Below, in pieces: positions 1 through 45,400 of a stretch of DNA of 64,000 bases (position 1 is its first letter; each line of letters starts with the position of its first letter). Location of the stretch: NCBI GenBank assembly GCA_013239625.1, contig MU054338.1:3040977-3104976 (forward strand), in the 5' to 3' direction. Under the pieces are notes generated by a model. That model saw only the letters and a list, made by a program, of their open reading frames with translations, was not told where the DNA came from and ran no database searches. Origin of the DNA: Lama guanicoe. Taxonomy: Eukaryota. The position numbers and the translations under genes were made by a program.

Positions 1-21
1 TCTTTCAAAAGCAGCTTTCGA
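1..21 (-). CDS. MYDGF: MYDGF exon 5, first 21 nt (continues beyond the window)
   Basis: ctttcag|TCG AAA GCT GCT TTT GAA AGA = SKAAFER, the expected continuation. Confidence 0.88.
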
Positions 22-3000
22 CTGAAAGGGAACAAGTGGAAACTTTTCTGAACAGGAGGGAATATGACACGGTTTGCCTCCCAGAACTGCAGAGACCAAA
101 GCTGTGTGCTTCTGCCGAAGAGCCGCGCGATGCTTTTTGCAGCACACAAGTGAATCCAGGAGAAGCAGTGGCTTAATCCACTTAAGAGACTGTCACCTGG
201 CTTAAAAGTTCATGCCTTCCTTGCAAATCCTCGGAGGAAAGAATCTAATTCAGTTTTTTTCTTTAGTTAATTTATGGAACTGGTACTAGTTAGGCAGTCT
301 CCTGAATGCAATTTTTAAAAAATCAGAATTGTGTCTTTCTCAAATCAGTTAAAATAATAAGAGTTTGAAAGTAAGAAGGGACTTCAGCAAGCAATCAGTT
401 CAACAGTGTGACTGACAGTCGGTCTGACCTGTCAGCCTGGAGCAGACGGCAGGGCCCCAGTTATGCAGTCAGACCCCTGCTGGGAGTCGCTGGGCGGGAA
501 CTCAGCAGATGTGACATCCTGAGCTGACTTTAAGTAAAAGAGATTATCCTCAGGGACCTGGGTGGGCCTGATTCATTTGGGGGAAGGGCCTTCAGGGCAG
601 AGCCGAGGCTTCCCAGGACAAAATCCTGCCCAGGAAGGCAGCGCTAAGGGTGCCTGGAGCACCCGGCCCGTCCTGCAGACTCAGGCCTGCCTGGCTGGGG
701 GTCCCCGTGGTGGAAGCCAGTTCCTGACAGGCAGTCTCTTAACGCCTGTCTCCCACCACTGGTTCTACTTCTTGGGTGGTAAAGTGGTTTTCAAACTGTG
801 TCTGACTCATGCAGAAGCAGAGTGGCCAGGCTCTAGGGGGCCGGGGGTCGCGGAGCAGCGGGAAGTGCTGCTCGGGCCGCGGATCACTGGGGCCAAGGGT
901 CGCAGGGCCCTCCCGACACCAGTGAGCCGTGCCGCCTGACCCCCCCGGGCGCACCTCCGCCCTCATTGTCCCTGCCCCTGTTCCAGTGCCAAAACCCCTT
1001 GCCCCCGGCTTCCTGTTGGCTTTGCCAGCATGAGGCACCGGTGGGAGACTGGCGGGCTATACAGGGGAGAGGCCAGGGTGTCCACTTCCTGCTGCGCCCG
1101 CCAGGTCTCCAGGCCTCAATGTCCGTCTCCCCCCTGCCATCCCCAATGCACAGTGGGACGGCTGGGTGGCCACCCCTACGTGCGGGCGACACTCACATAG
1201 GCCATACCGTACTCGATCTCGGCACCCCGCACCTCCGCCTTGAACTGTGTGAAGTACAGGTAGGACTTGCCCTGCGGCCTGCGGAGAGAGGTCAGGCCAA
1301 GGGGTCAGCCCAGGGCTGTGTGTGCCCCCTCCTCCGGGCCTCCGCTTCCAGGCGTCTCTGGGAAGGTCGGAGGGCCCCCTTAACATCATCTGCTCTCTCC
1401 GCTTTGCTGGAGCGCTCTTCCCGCTCATCTACGCACAAGCCCCTTTCCCCTGCTGGGTGCACGCTGTGCCAGGACTGGACCCCACATTCACTCACTGAAT
1501 GCTTCTCATCCAGTGGACAACATTCCCAGTGTTGCAACGAGGGTGAGAAGCACAGGGGTTAACTAGGAAGGGGGTGTGTCTGGGGCTGAGCGTGTCCTTA
1601 GGGGCTGCACGGGGGTGGGTCAGCTAAGAGGCTGCGGGCTGGGGACCCTGCTCTGGGCCTGGCTGCCCGGGCCTGCGGCCACCTAGAGAGCTGACACTGG
1701 AGAGCCCCCACGAGACAGGGACATTCGGGCAGAGGGATGGAGACCCGACTGCCGACCCGTAATTAGGTGCCCCACCCCAGCTCCTTGCCTCTCAAAGGGG
1801 CTGGCGGTGGCCTGATGAGGCCGCGGGGCGCCCAGGCCTGCAGTGGTAGGGAATCCCCCCAACACCAGGCACTGAAACCCCTGCTGCGTGTAAAGCACCG
1901 AGCGGGAGACCGGGCTGTGCGCTGACGCCGCAAGTACGTCCTTTAATTAAAAGGCACCATCATGGCTCTGACTGTGTCCTGTTCCCTGATCTGGCCCCTA
2001 GGCTGACCCTGGGCCCTGAGGGTGAGAGCACGGCTGGGACTTCTGTTTGTCAGGCATTGGGTAAACACTGCAGAAATCAGTCCTGCTCGGAGTGACGCAC
2101 TCCAGGCCGTGGAGCTGGGGGGTGGAGTGGGGGACAGATGAAGCTCCGTCACCCTCCTCCCCATCCGAAGGCCGGGCGCCCCCTTCCTTCATCCCTTCTG
2201 GGCCCATCAAGCTGGGCTCCAGGCAGTGGAGACAGGGTGTCAGCCCCACAGCAGGAGATAAAGCCCTTGAAGGATGAATGTGACTGGGGGTGACATGAAG
2301 GGGACAGAGACTGGGGGCCCAGCCCCTCTCCTGGGGCTGCAGCCCCTGCCTGGACCCCACCTCCCAGTCCCCCCAAACCTCTCTTGGCCTCAGTGTCCAG
2401 ATGCTCCCCTGGGGAGTCCTCCTTGCCCCCAGCTCCCAGCACAGTGTGGCACCCCCTCTCCCACCTGCCACCCTCCCAGGATGCAGGGCCCCACCCGGAG
2501 CAGTGGGGCAAACGCCCACAGCCGTGAGCAAAGGCACCTCGTCCAGGGAAAGACCCCACCCCCGGGACCCTCGCTCACCTCCAGATGGTGCAGGTGAAGT
2601 GCTGGTGGTCTTCACCGGTCCCCAGACTCATCTGCCACCTCTGGGGAGAGGACAGACAGGTCAGTCCGGGACACACAGCCTCACCATCGAGTCCCACCAA
2701 GTGACAGAACCCCTGGGTCTCCCGCCCACCCCTCAGCCTGGAGCCTGGTCTCAGGGCCCCCTCCCTGCTCCGGGCAGTGAAGCTGCTCCGAAGGACACCA
2801 AGATGGTGGATGCCTGTCGTTATACTTTCATCCAAGGCCACAGCATTAACACCACCAAGAGCAAACCCTGTTGTCAGCTGTGGACTTGAGCTGACGACGC
2901 ATCAGTGTAGGTTCATCAACTGCCAAATGTCCCCCCTGGTGGGGGATGATGGGGGGCCGCGGGAAATCTCTGTGCCTTCTGCTTAATTCTGCGGTAAGCA

Positions 3001-6000
3001 ATGAAGTCTACTGAGACAGATAAAGACGAAAATAAAAGGAGGAAAGTCAGCACGCCCAGGCTGCTTGTACCAGCGCAGCGCAGTCCTCGGGGGAGACGCA
3101 AGGTTGTCCGTAACCGTGGTTATACGCTGGACATGGGTGGGCCCCGGACAGGTGAAGGCGGCAGAGAGCTTTTTATGTTTTTTTCTTTTTGAACGGTGTG
3201 TGTGAGCTTTTTAAAATAATTAAATTTTTAGAAAGTAATATTTTAAAGTGGTTCCAAAACACACCACTACCAGTGTATTCTCACTTTCAGGGCCTCCAAA
3301 AACCCGGCCAAACACAAGGTCTGGTGGCCTGCAGCGTTTCTGCACTTTGCTGGTAAAATGAGAGTGGCCAGTCCTCTCCCAAGAGTAGTGATGGACTCCG
3401 ATGACTGGTAATCTAGTTAAATGGCAGAGCTTTTTCATTAATAAAAACAAGGCCATCTTAATGTTAATTATAATGGGAGTAAATGGCCACTTCGAAGCCT
3501 TCTGCCCGTAGCACGGAGTGGGGAGCCAATCACACAGGCGGGGGAGGCGCTCGTGGCGGGGCGCGCACAGCAGGGGCGGCTCCAGGCCAACCTGCCCAAC
3601 ATCTCCATTTGCTATTTAAAAACACCTTCCCAGAGCTCCAAGGCCTCTAAGCACTGGGAAACAGGTTTGTGCTGTAAAATATATCTGGGAAGCTTTCCCA
3701 TGGCTCTTAAAAGGATCACGAAAATGAGGCAAATGCTGAAACATTTTCAAAAGATTATGAAAACAAGCAAAACGACAACCAAGAGTTCCTCAGCAATAGG
3801 GTTAGCATCCCTCTGAGTGGTCCTGTTATATGAGCTTGACCACAGTCTCAAGGCCACGGGGCGGGGTGGGCAGTGGGTGTCCTTGGTAAGGCTCAGGGTC
3901 TGGCATCAGACGCTCACATGAGTGTGTGTTCTGGGGCTGCCTGTTCAGCCCGAGCCTCTGTGACCTTCTCGGTGAGGCTGGGGGTCAGGAATATAAGCAC
4001 CCGTGCGCAATAACGGACGACAGGTCCACGGTGACCACTGTTACTTTTTACTACGACACGAGTCACAGATGGTGAAGTGCGCCCATGTCAGCACTCTGTT
4101 CTGCGAGTTCTGACAAATGCACACAGCTGTGTATCTATCACTGAATCAGGACACAGATCAGTTCTCTCCCCAATTATATTTCCCCCATCCCTCTGGAGTC
4201 AGTCTCTTCTGGCAAATTCCAGGTAACCACTGATCTGATCTGTCCACATAGTTGCTGCCTTTGCAAGATGTCACTTGAGTGGAATCACATATCTTTTTTG
4301 TGGGGGCCTCATTCCACTCACCATACTGTGTAATAAATTATCACAAACATAGTAGCTTAAAAGCAACACCCATTCATTGGCTCACAGTTCTGTAGGTCAG
4401 AAGTTGGGTACGAAGGGGCTGGGTCCTTTGCTCAGACTCACCAGCTAAATCAAAGTGCCAGCCGGACTGCCTTCTCGTCTGGAGCTGGGGTTCCTCTTCC
4501 AACTCACGTGGCTGTGGCAGAATTCGGTTCCTGGCAGTTGTAGGACTGCTGCCAGCCAGGGCCCCTCTCAGCTCCTAGAGGCCACATGCCCCCCCTGCCA
4601 CGTGGGCCAACAGAGCCAGCAGTGCTGCACCACCACCTCCTCCTTGTGCTCTCAGTCTCTCTTCCTTCCTCTTCGGCCACCAGCTGGAGGAACCAGTCAG
4701 CAGGGAAATAGGGACCCCAGGTCCACACCAAAAGGAACTGAATTCCACCAACAGCTTGAATGAGACTAGAAAAGGGTTCGCCCCAGAGCCTGCAGATGAG
4801 AGCCCAGCGCGGGTGACACCTTGATCTCAGCTTTACGAAGCATCCCGCTGAGCCGACTGGGACTTCTGACCTCCAGAACCGTGAAATACACGGGTGTTGC
4901 TGTGAGCTGCTCAGTCGGTGATAATCTGTTACTCAGCACAGAATGGAGGCTCGTGGGAATGGCAGTTCACGCCTCACGTCCCTCCTTCTGTCCAAACGTC
5001 TGCTCACTCTGGAATTACGAGTGGAATCTGCCATCACTATTTAACTTAGGTGCTTCTATTGGTCAGGAAAGAATAGTCCTATGTCCAGTGTTCCCTTGAG
5101 AGCACCTCTGTATGACAATGGACACTACTGTATTAAGCTACATGGAATTTTGAACAACTTACCTCATTGGTCCCTCCTTGAGATGCATAGGTGAACGCAC
5201 AGGTGTATTTGTCCTAGAGAATGGAAGGAAAAGAAGGTCTTGGTAGGAGATAAGCCTTAGTGCTTAAAGCGCAGGGAATGAGGATGTACTTCTGAGATCC
5301 AGAATCAAGATGAAGATCCTGCTTTTGAGTACCTGCACTAAGGGGAAGGAGGTGGAGCCAGTCTCCTCTGGCTGCTGTCCCTGGAGGCCAGCCCTGCGAA
5401 GCCTTCCAGTGTGTGCAGACCTGGAACTGCCCCACCTGCCTCCCTACTTGTGAGTTCCTGGTTCAGGACAAACAACCCACATGGCTTCTGGGGAATAAAC
5501 AGGAAGGGGGAGGTCACATCCCCTCCAACACCCACCCATCCAGGAACATGAACTTTGGAAGCAGGGACACCTGGGGGCCCATCTCTGCTCCGCTGTGGGC
5601 CTTGGACAAGCACAAACCTTTCTGAGCCTCTGTTTCTGCATCTGTTAAATGAGTCTAACATATAAAGAATTTGGCACAACACCCGGATATAAGGAAGTGC
5701 TCAACAAATAATGACTACGGATACCATTGTTACAGAGGAGGAAAAGGAGAGCGGGAGAGGAAGCAACTTCTCCAACTAGCTAGGGAAGCACTACACTAGA
5801 CCCAGGCCTGCTGCCTCCAGGTAAGGAGGACCTGGCCTCACATTTCAATGAAAGATGCGGGACTTGTGCAATGGAAGGAAGGGCAACACCTGTCCACTTC
5901 CTCCCTAGTCAGAGCTGCAGCGGGACGAGCTTCTGCAGGGCCTGGAAGCATATGCTCCTCAGCCTCCAGCTCCCCTCTCCCCTCCAACAGCCGGGGACCC

Positions 6001-6438
6001 ACCTGGGTCTGGGGTGGAGCTGCTTGGGCACGCTGGGCGAGGGAGAAGGGACAGGGGCAGAGGCTCGTCAACCAGCTCCCTCAGAGTCGCCAGCCCCCAG
6101 GAGGCCGCCCTGCGGTTAGTCCAGCCCTGCCTCAGTGACGACTTCGCCGTCCCGGCCCGCGCCCCCTCCTCCGGGCCCGCCCCAGCGGCCTGCAGCACCC
6201 CCTCACCCCACCCCGCCTCGGCGGGCACGAGCTCACACGTCTCGGGGGCGGCTGAGGCACCTACCCCAGGGCCCACGCTGTGGGAGAAGGAGTGCACGAC
6301 GCCGCCGGGCCGCACGTCAAAGGCCACCGTCGTGGGCTCGGACACCGCCCCCGCCGGCCTCAGCGCCACAGCCGCCAGGAGCAGCGCGGCCCACAAGCTC
6401 GCGCCGCCGCCTTGCCTACTTCCGCTGGGCGCCGCCAT
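1..6438 (-). CDS. MYDGF: Myeloid-derived growth factor (C19orf10), spliced CDS, 3'-truncated by the window edge: join(6265..6438,5163..5213,2579..2640,1197..1278,1..21)
   Basis: Spliced translation MAAPSGSRQGGGASLWAALLLAAVALRPAGAVSEPTTVAFDVRPGGVVHSFSHSVGPG/DKYTCAFTYASQGGTNE/RWQMSLGTGEDHQHFTCTIWR/PQGKSYLYFTQFKAEVRGAEIEYGMAY/SKAAFER is recognisably MYDGF. All junctions are GT-AG and phases are consistent. Confidence 0.97.
1197..1278 (-). CDS. MYDGF: MYDGF exon 4
   Basis: ccgcag|GCCGCAG...GCCTAT|gtgagt, 82 nt, PQGKSYLYFTQFKAEVRGAEIEYGMAY. Confidence 0.95.
2579..2640 (-). CDS. MYDGF: MYDGF exon 3
   Basis: ccccag|AGGTGGCAG...TGGAG|gtgagc, 62 nt, RWQMSLGTGEDHQHFTCTIW(R). Confidence 0.95.
4328..4940. 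mobile_element. MaLR (MLT1-type) LTR fragments
   Basis: aattatcacaaacatagtagcttaaaa...cacagttctgtaggtcagaag and gacttctgacctccagaac motifs. Confidence 0.6.
5163..5213 (-). CDS. MYDGF: MYDGF exon 2
   Basis: tctag|GACAAATAC...AATGAG|gtaagt, 51 nt, DKYTCAFTYASQGGTNE. Not in the ORF track. Confidence 0.95.
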
Positions 6439-6640
6439 CTTGGGAGCAGGTTCGCGGGGAAGGGACGGCGGACGGGGCGCCGTGAGGGACACGCGGGGCG
6501 CTCGCTGGAGGCCACGTCGGCGGCGGCGCGGGCACGTGACTCGCAGCGCCCGGGTGCCGCCATCCTGGGGGCGGGGCTTGGGAGAACAGGGCGGGGCCTG
6601 GGTTGGGTGGCGTTGGAACCCCTTTCTGGGCTAAGGGTGC
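6130..6640 (-). promoter_or_regulatory. MYDGF: MYDGF CpG-island promoter
   Basis: Dense CpG. GC boxes GGGGCGGGGC near 6568-6598, E-box CACGTG at 6533-6538, GCCACGTC at 6511-6518, and a YY1-type GCCGCCATCTTG over the start codon at 6431-6442. Confidence 0.85.
6265..6438 (-). CDS. MYDGF: MYDGF exon 1 coding part (signal peptide and start of mature protein)
   Basis: ATG at 6438 in AAGATGG context, hydrophobic LWAALLLAAVAL, donor GGG|GTAGGT, 174 nt. Confidence 0.96.
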
Positions 6641-7214
6641 AGTCGTCCCTCACTAGGCGAGTGCCTGACCCTTCAGCGCTTCCAAATGAGTACATGTGCA
6701 AGGAATGAAGGAAATAAAAGATCACTAATCACAGATAAACACATGTAGGCACCCTTGGGCGAAGGCCTCATGATGGCTGCTGCCAAGATTCGTGGATTGT
6801 TGCTAGAAATTGGTAGGGGAAAAGTGTGGTGACAAACGGGTATTTGCATTGTCTCAAAGGATGTCCGCCAAGGTACATATTGGTTACACAGATAAAAAAA
6901 GTAATTTTACAGTGGAGACAGCATCTTTAGCTTAATATTCAAAGTCAACGTCGCTGAAAATGAGGCTGACATCATGGAGCCCCGGACGGGATGCTGAGGA
7001 CACTCTCAGTGACACCTCGGCGGAGTTCCTGTCCAAAATGCATGTCCTTATTCTAATCAAAGCAAGTATCAGACAAACCCCACTGGAGGGACAGTCTACC
7101 AAGCTAACTGGCAGCACTCTTCAAAAGTGTCATGAAAGACAACGGCTGAGAAACCATCACAGAGTGAGGAGACGAAGACATCAAAAGGCAACACGGGATC
7201 TTGAATAGGATCCT

Positions 7215-7585
7215 TGCCTTAGTCTGGGCTGTTACAACAAAGTCCCACAGACACCGTGGCTTAAACAACACATATTTATTTCTCACAGTCCCAGGGGCTG
7301 GAAGTTCAAGGTCAAGCCTCTGGCAGAATTGGTGTCTGGTGAGAGCCCACTTCCTGGTTCACAGATACCTCTTCTTGCTGTGTCCTTAAATTATGGAAGG
7401 AGTGAGGGAGCTCTCTGGGGTCCCTGTATAAGAGCACTAATCCCATTCACGAGGGCTGCATCCTGGCGGCCTAATCACCTCCCAAAGGCCCCGCCTCCTC
7501 ATACTATCACACTGGGCGCTGGGGTTCAACATGAATTTGCTGGGATTTGTGGGTGTCAGGCACACAAATCTTCAGTCCATAGCAA
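7215..7585 (-). mobile_element. MaLR (MLT1/MST-type) solo LTR
   Basis: cttagtctgggctgttacaacaaa...tttatttctcacagt...ctaatcacctcccaaaggccccgcctc...ttcagtccatagca. Confidence 0.7.
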
Positions 7586-7787
7586 TCCTGGACCAGAAAG
7601 ACAATGTTAGAGGGAAAAACAGTGAAATCCAAATAAGGTCTGTATATTAGATAATAGGATTGTATTGATGTTAATTTCCTGGCTTGTTACCGTAGTGACT
7701 TAAGATGTTCACATGAGGGGAAGTTAGGTGAAGGGCATTAGCGAACTCCACTGTTTCTGCTGCTTTTCTGTAAGTCTAAAATTACTT

Positions 7788-7789
<2 letters not shown>

Positions 7790-7821
<32 letters not shown>
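7790..7821 (+). repeat. (TAA)n microsatellite
   Basis: About 10 TAA units. Confidence 0.95.
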
Positions 7822-7969
7822 CCTTACCTCAAGAAATTGTCAGGAGGATGAACTGAGGGAATTTAGGTAAAGTTCCTACAAAATAGAATTCTGGAGTCTA
7901 GCTGTTACTGGCATTAAATGCCAATGAAGAAATCTCAGGTTTTCAAATCTCAGGCTTACAGAAGGAAAT

Positions 7970-8110
7970 CCTTTTTTTCTATCTTTTCTTCCTCCCTCCC
8001 TTTCTCTCTTTTTCTTTCCCTTTCTTTTTTTCTTTCTTCCTTCTTTCCTTCTATCTCTCTCTCTTCCTTCCTTCCTTTCTTTCTTGCTTGCTTGCTTTTT
8101 CTTTCCTTCC
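7970..8110 (+). repeat. CT-rich low-complexity tract
   Basis: TTTC/TTCC/CTTG units. Confidence 0.9.
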
Positions 8111-8651
8111 TGTCACAAATTGCTTAAAATTTCAAGAAAACACCAGCGGCCAGGTCTGGAGTGTCTAGAATGAAGCCGGTTTTCCCAGTCTTTCCTAACT
8201 TGAAAGAACAGAACGCAGAGAAAACACCACAGGTCACCCCTAAGCTGAGCTCTATTGTGCTCGCTGAGGAGCTCAAATCTCCCTACCCCCCAACATAGAA
8301 TGAACGTTAACTTCAGGGAGGTCACAAGGATCATGTAGGAGGCTGATGATCCTGCAGATAACCCTAACTCTAGAATTCATGACTTTCTACTGTGGTAGCC
8401 TGTCCTAAATTGGGGTACCTGCTTCTGTTGAAAAATGTCTTCCTCCTTGCAACTGGCTCCATTAGGAATTGACTCCAAATTGGAGGACCACAGTCCTGTG
8501 TTTTACACAGTACAGTTACATTGATGTCACCATATCCTCACTGCTGTGTTTGATCTTCAGCCTGTCACTGAAGGATTTGATTAACGTCCAAGTGCTGTTG
8601 CTAACACATGTATTTCAGTTGTGAATGGTTTGAGTCTCCTACTCAAGAGGG

Positions 8652-8654
<3 letters not shown>

Positions 8655-8684
<30 letters not shown>
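8655..8684 (+). repeat. (TG)n microsatellite
   Basis: About 15 TG units. Confidence 0.95.
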
Positions 8685-8690
<6 letters not shown>

Positions 8691-10269
8691 TTTCAGAAAG
8701 ACTGAGTCCCAAGCCTCTTGTTTCTCCTTTTTCCTTTTTGCCTCCAAACAAAATCCACACCGAAGGGATTAAAAGAAAAAAAAATCATTCCAAAGATGCC
8801 TGCTTTCCAATCATGACATGAAGCCTAGCAGTCCTAAAGGGCAAAGATTTGATAATACAGATACTAAAACGATTTCTCTCTCCATGGTCAGGACACGGTA
8901 AACAGGGTGGGTGTGGACGTAAAGGGAGGGCATGAAGGAGCTCCTTTGTGGGGAATAAACAGCTCTGTATTTCGACTGTGGTGGCGCTTACAGGAATCTG
9001 TACAGGTCACAAAATGGAGTAGAACTACACACACAAAAAAAAGTGCGTGTGAAAGCTGATAAGCCTCAAATTAGGTCTAGTTAATTACCTTGTATTCACG
9101 TCCATTTCCCGGTCTGACAGTGGACTAGGGTGAGGTAAAATGTAAGCTGGGTGAAAGGTATGCAGGACTCTGTACTGTTTTTGCAACTCCTATGCATCTA
9201 TAGTTAGTTAAAAAAAAAACCACCATAAACATGTTTGAAAGGCAAGTGACATACTGAGAAGATAACTGCAAACACTATGACAGGGTTTTATGTCCATCGC
9301 TTACAGGTTCTTGCCAGTTAGGGAGGAGGTGAGCACTTCCACCAGGAAAGGACTCGAGCCTGAATACAGACAACCTGAAACAGTGCCTGGACCCTCCTGC
9401 AGACAGGAACCCCACCAGTACTGGGGAAACATGTGGTCCTGTATCAACCTGGAGGAAACAAAGGCCAGTTAACCTGCCCCTCCAAGACCAAGACCTGCTT
9501 CCAGCAGACACTTGTCCTCTTATAGCTGCCCCTCATCCATCCCCCTTGTCCCTTCCCAGAGTATTGACTGAGCAAGGCAGGGGTAGTAAGTCCCGGTGAA
9601 AAGTTCCGGCTTGAGCTGATTGCAGGTTGACAGCTGCCAAGCCTCCCAGGGCAACCCCAGTGCCCCCTTTCTCACCAGTTTTTGTCATTCTGTGATTTGT
9701 GCTTAGTTCCCTCCCCACGTTATTTCACAGCGGATTGAGGGAAAGATGTCTTGTTTCTGAGATGGTTTTAAACATGATTGGCTGAGTTTCCTACCTGTAG
9801 ACATTTTAAAATCAGCAACACCGTTCAATTTCCAACATATATGACCATGGACTGATTTCTTTCATATATAAAGAGTGTCTATGAATCAGTGAGGCCAATG
9901 TATGCAACATGTATGATGAGAGACTGGTTTCCTTCATATATAGCGTCTATAAGTCAATGAAGCCAATTGATCAAGAGAAAGATGCGCAAGTGATTACTAG
10001 TTAACAAGTGTCTTGAAGCATGAACATATTTGCACACATGAAAGAAATGTGAGATGCCATGTTTCACTCCTAAGACTGGTAAAAATAACAGGTAGTACTG
10101 AAGGAATGGAGGAACCGGCACACTTTGCCAAGAGGTCTGTACATTGAGGTGTTCTCTTTAGAAGGCAATTTGGCAATAGTCTTCAAAATTAAAAGTAAAA
10201 TGCCTTTTGATAAACCCTATAAACTCAAACATCTGCCCAAAACAAGGCTATTTGTTGCAGGATCATTGA

Positions 10270-10505
10270 TACTAGGGGTTGGCCAGTTACAGCCTGTGGA
10301 CCAAGTCTGGCCAGCTGCGTTGTTTTGTAAGTGAAGTTTTCTTGGCACACAGCCACGCCCACTCATTTACATTTGACCTGTGGCTGCTTTTGAACTGCAA
10401 GGGCCGGGCTTGAGCAGCTGCAGCAGAGACTGCCTGGCTCGCAAAGCCTGAATCTTTAGGTTTACTATCTGGCCCTTTGCAGAGAAAGTCTGTTGACTCC
10501 TGATT
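10270..10505. mobile_element. MER58-like hAT-Charlie element (related copies near 26210-26400, 27430-27730, 40040-40210)
   Basis: taggggttggccagttacagcctgtggacc...tatctggccctttgcagagaaagtctgttgactcctg. Confidence 0.65.
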
Positions 10506-11144
10506 TATACGCAAAGCCCAGAATAACCTATGTTATCCCTTGATAGGTGCCTGGCAAAATAAATTCTGGCACAGTCACAGGGCAGAGCAGAAGGCGAGTA
10601 TTAAATAGACTGGGGAGGAGCTACCTCTAGGAAGGGATGGCGTGCTTTTCCTCTATGCAGCCTTTTGCACTGAAGCTTGTTTTCTTTAAGATGGAGAGGG
10701 TGATGGCACAGGCGAGGCCATCCTGCTGTTAGAAACTCAAGTACCATGAGTGCCAGTCTCCTAGGTCTCTCAGCTGTTAGGACAAACACGGAGAGATACG
10801 GCCTGCCCTCCCTGGTCCGTGTGTCCTGATCCTGAGACGAAGGAGTCAAACCTCTGGACACGGCGAAGTGCAAAACGAAGTAAGGGCCAGGCCACCCACG
10901 ACAGCCGGGGCGGGGTCCCTACGTGGCACGCACCGGTCGCCTTGGGACTTCTGGGGTTGTTCTTGACGCCCTCCAGCAGCAAGTGGGTGGGGCCTCAGGC
11001 GAGGGGCGGGGCGCTCCTCCCCTTGGGCTAGCGCGGCACCGCTGACAGCGGACTGCTAGGGCCCAGTCGCTCCCTGGACCCCCCGCCCACTCAGGGAGTC
11101 CCCAGCCCCAGCCCCAGGGTTTAGAGGAACCTCAGGCGGGTGGC

Positions 11145-12185
11145 AACGCTTCCATCTGGAATCGTTTAATGAGTCTACTACTTACACGCATAATTATAAA
11201 AGAATAGGAATCGACAAAAATATTTTCTTTCCGTAATATGTAGAGGTGGTTCGTCTCTGGTGGGTTTTTTTTTTCTTTTTTTTCTTTTTTTTTAAACCCG
11301 CCCCTGGCAGAACTCTTGGCAGGGAGGAAAAGGTAGGGGTAAGGATAACCCTGAGGCGGAGAAGGTTCCACTCCCACCCCCAGAACCCCGGTCTGTGCAG
11401 GCCAGGTGGAAACGTGGCCAGATGGCTGGGCTGGGGAGGGCGCAGCAGCCGCTGACCAGCAGAGAGCCGAGCCGGGCGCGTTTCAGAACCGGCCTGAAAG
11501 CGGAGCGGGGTGGGCGGGGCCAGAGGGCGGCCCCGCCTCCGTGGGCGCCCTCGAGGCCTGCTGGGCGCGCCGCCCGCCGCAGGCTTCTGGCGCTGGCTGG
11601 GCTGAGCCCCGTGACCCGGCGGCGGGCCCTCATTCTAGATTTAGGCACCCGTTGCTTTCTGTCTTTTAAATAGTTAAGAAAAACGGCCCCCACTCTCAAA
11701 ACTAAACACAAATATGAAGTGGGCGGGCGGGGGAGGAAAGGCAGTCACATGCTTCTGAGCCAGTGGCCAGGGCGGGCTGGTCGGGCCCCGGGGCAAAGGC
11801 CCGGCTCCTCCGGGTCTCCTCTGGCCTCCATGCCCAGTGGAATTGAGGCCTCCTGCTCCCTGACAACGGTGAGAGGAGGGATGGCTTGAGGAAGTGACTC
11901 ACGGATGTCTGCCTCATTTCTCCAACCTGGCAACCTAGAAGCGGCAGGCAAAAAACTCAGGAGCGTTTAAAAAAAACCCAAAAAACCAAAACTGATAAAA
12001 GGCGCTGGGGCGAAGGCGGCGGCTCCCAGGGCGGGCGGTCCAGCGGGGCAGGGGGAGGCGGCGCCGCGCGGGGCCTGGGGCCACTTGGCAACCCCCCCCC
12101 CGCCTCGTGCCCCCCGTGGTGGCAGCAGTGACGCCACTTGTGCTCTGACTGTGCAGGCCCCCCGAAAGTGCCAGCCCGCAGGGGC
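11145..12185 (-). other. DPP9: DPP9 3' UTR (3' end approximate)
   Basis: Follows the stop codon and ends in an AU-rich block containing a poly(A) hexamer. Confidence 0.7.
11165..11170 (-). terminator. DPP9: DPP9 polyadenylation signal ATTAAA
   Basis: tttaat on the + strand, at the end of the AU/U-rich terminal segment of the 3' UTR. Confidence 0.65.

Positions 12186-45400
<33,215 letters not shown>

Noticed and set aside
5959..6492. 177-aa single-exon ORF as the MYDGF product
   Set aside because: Only 6438-6265 is MYDGF. The upstream part starts at a non-ATG codon and the downstream part is intron read-through.
8200..8640. Unique-looking stretch considered as a processed pseudogene
   Set aside because: The frames I translated by hand had stops and no recognisable protein, and I saw no clear poly(A) with target-site duplication. 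A BLAST search would settle it.
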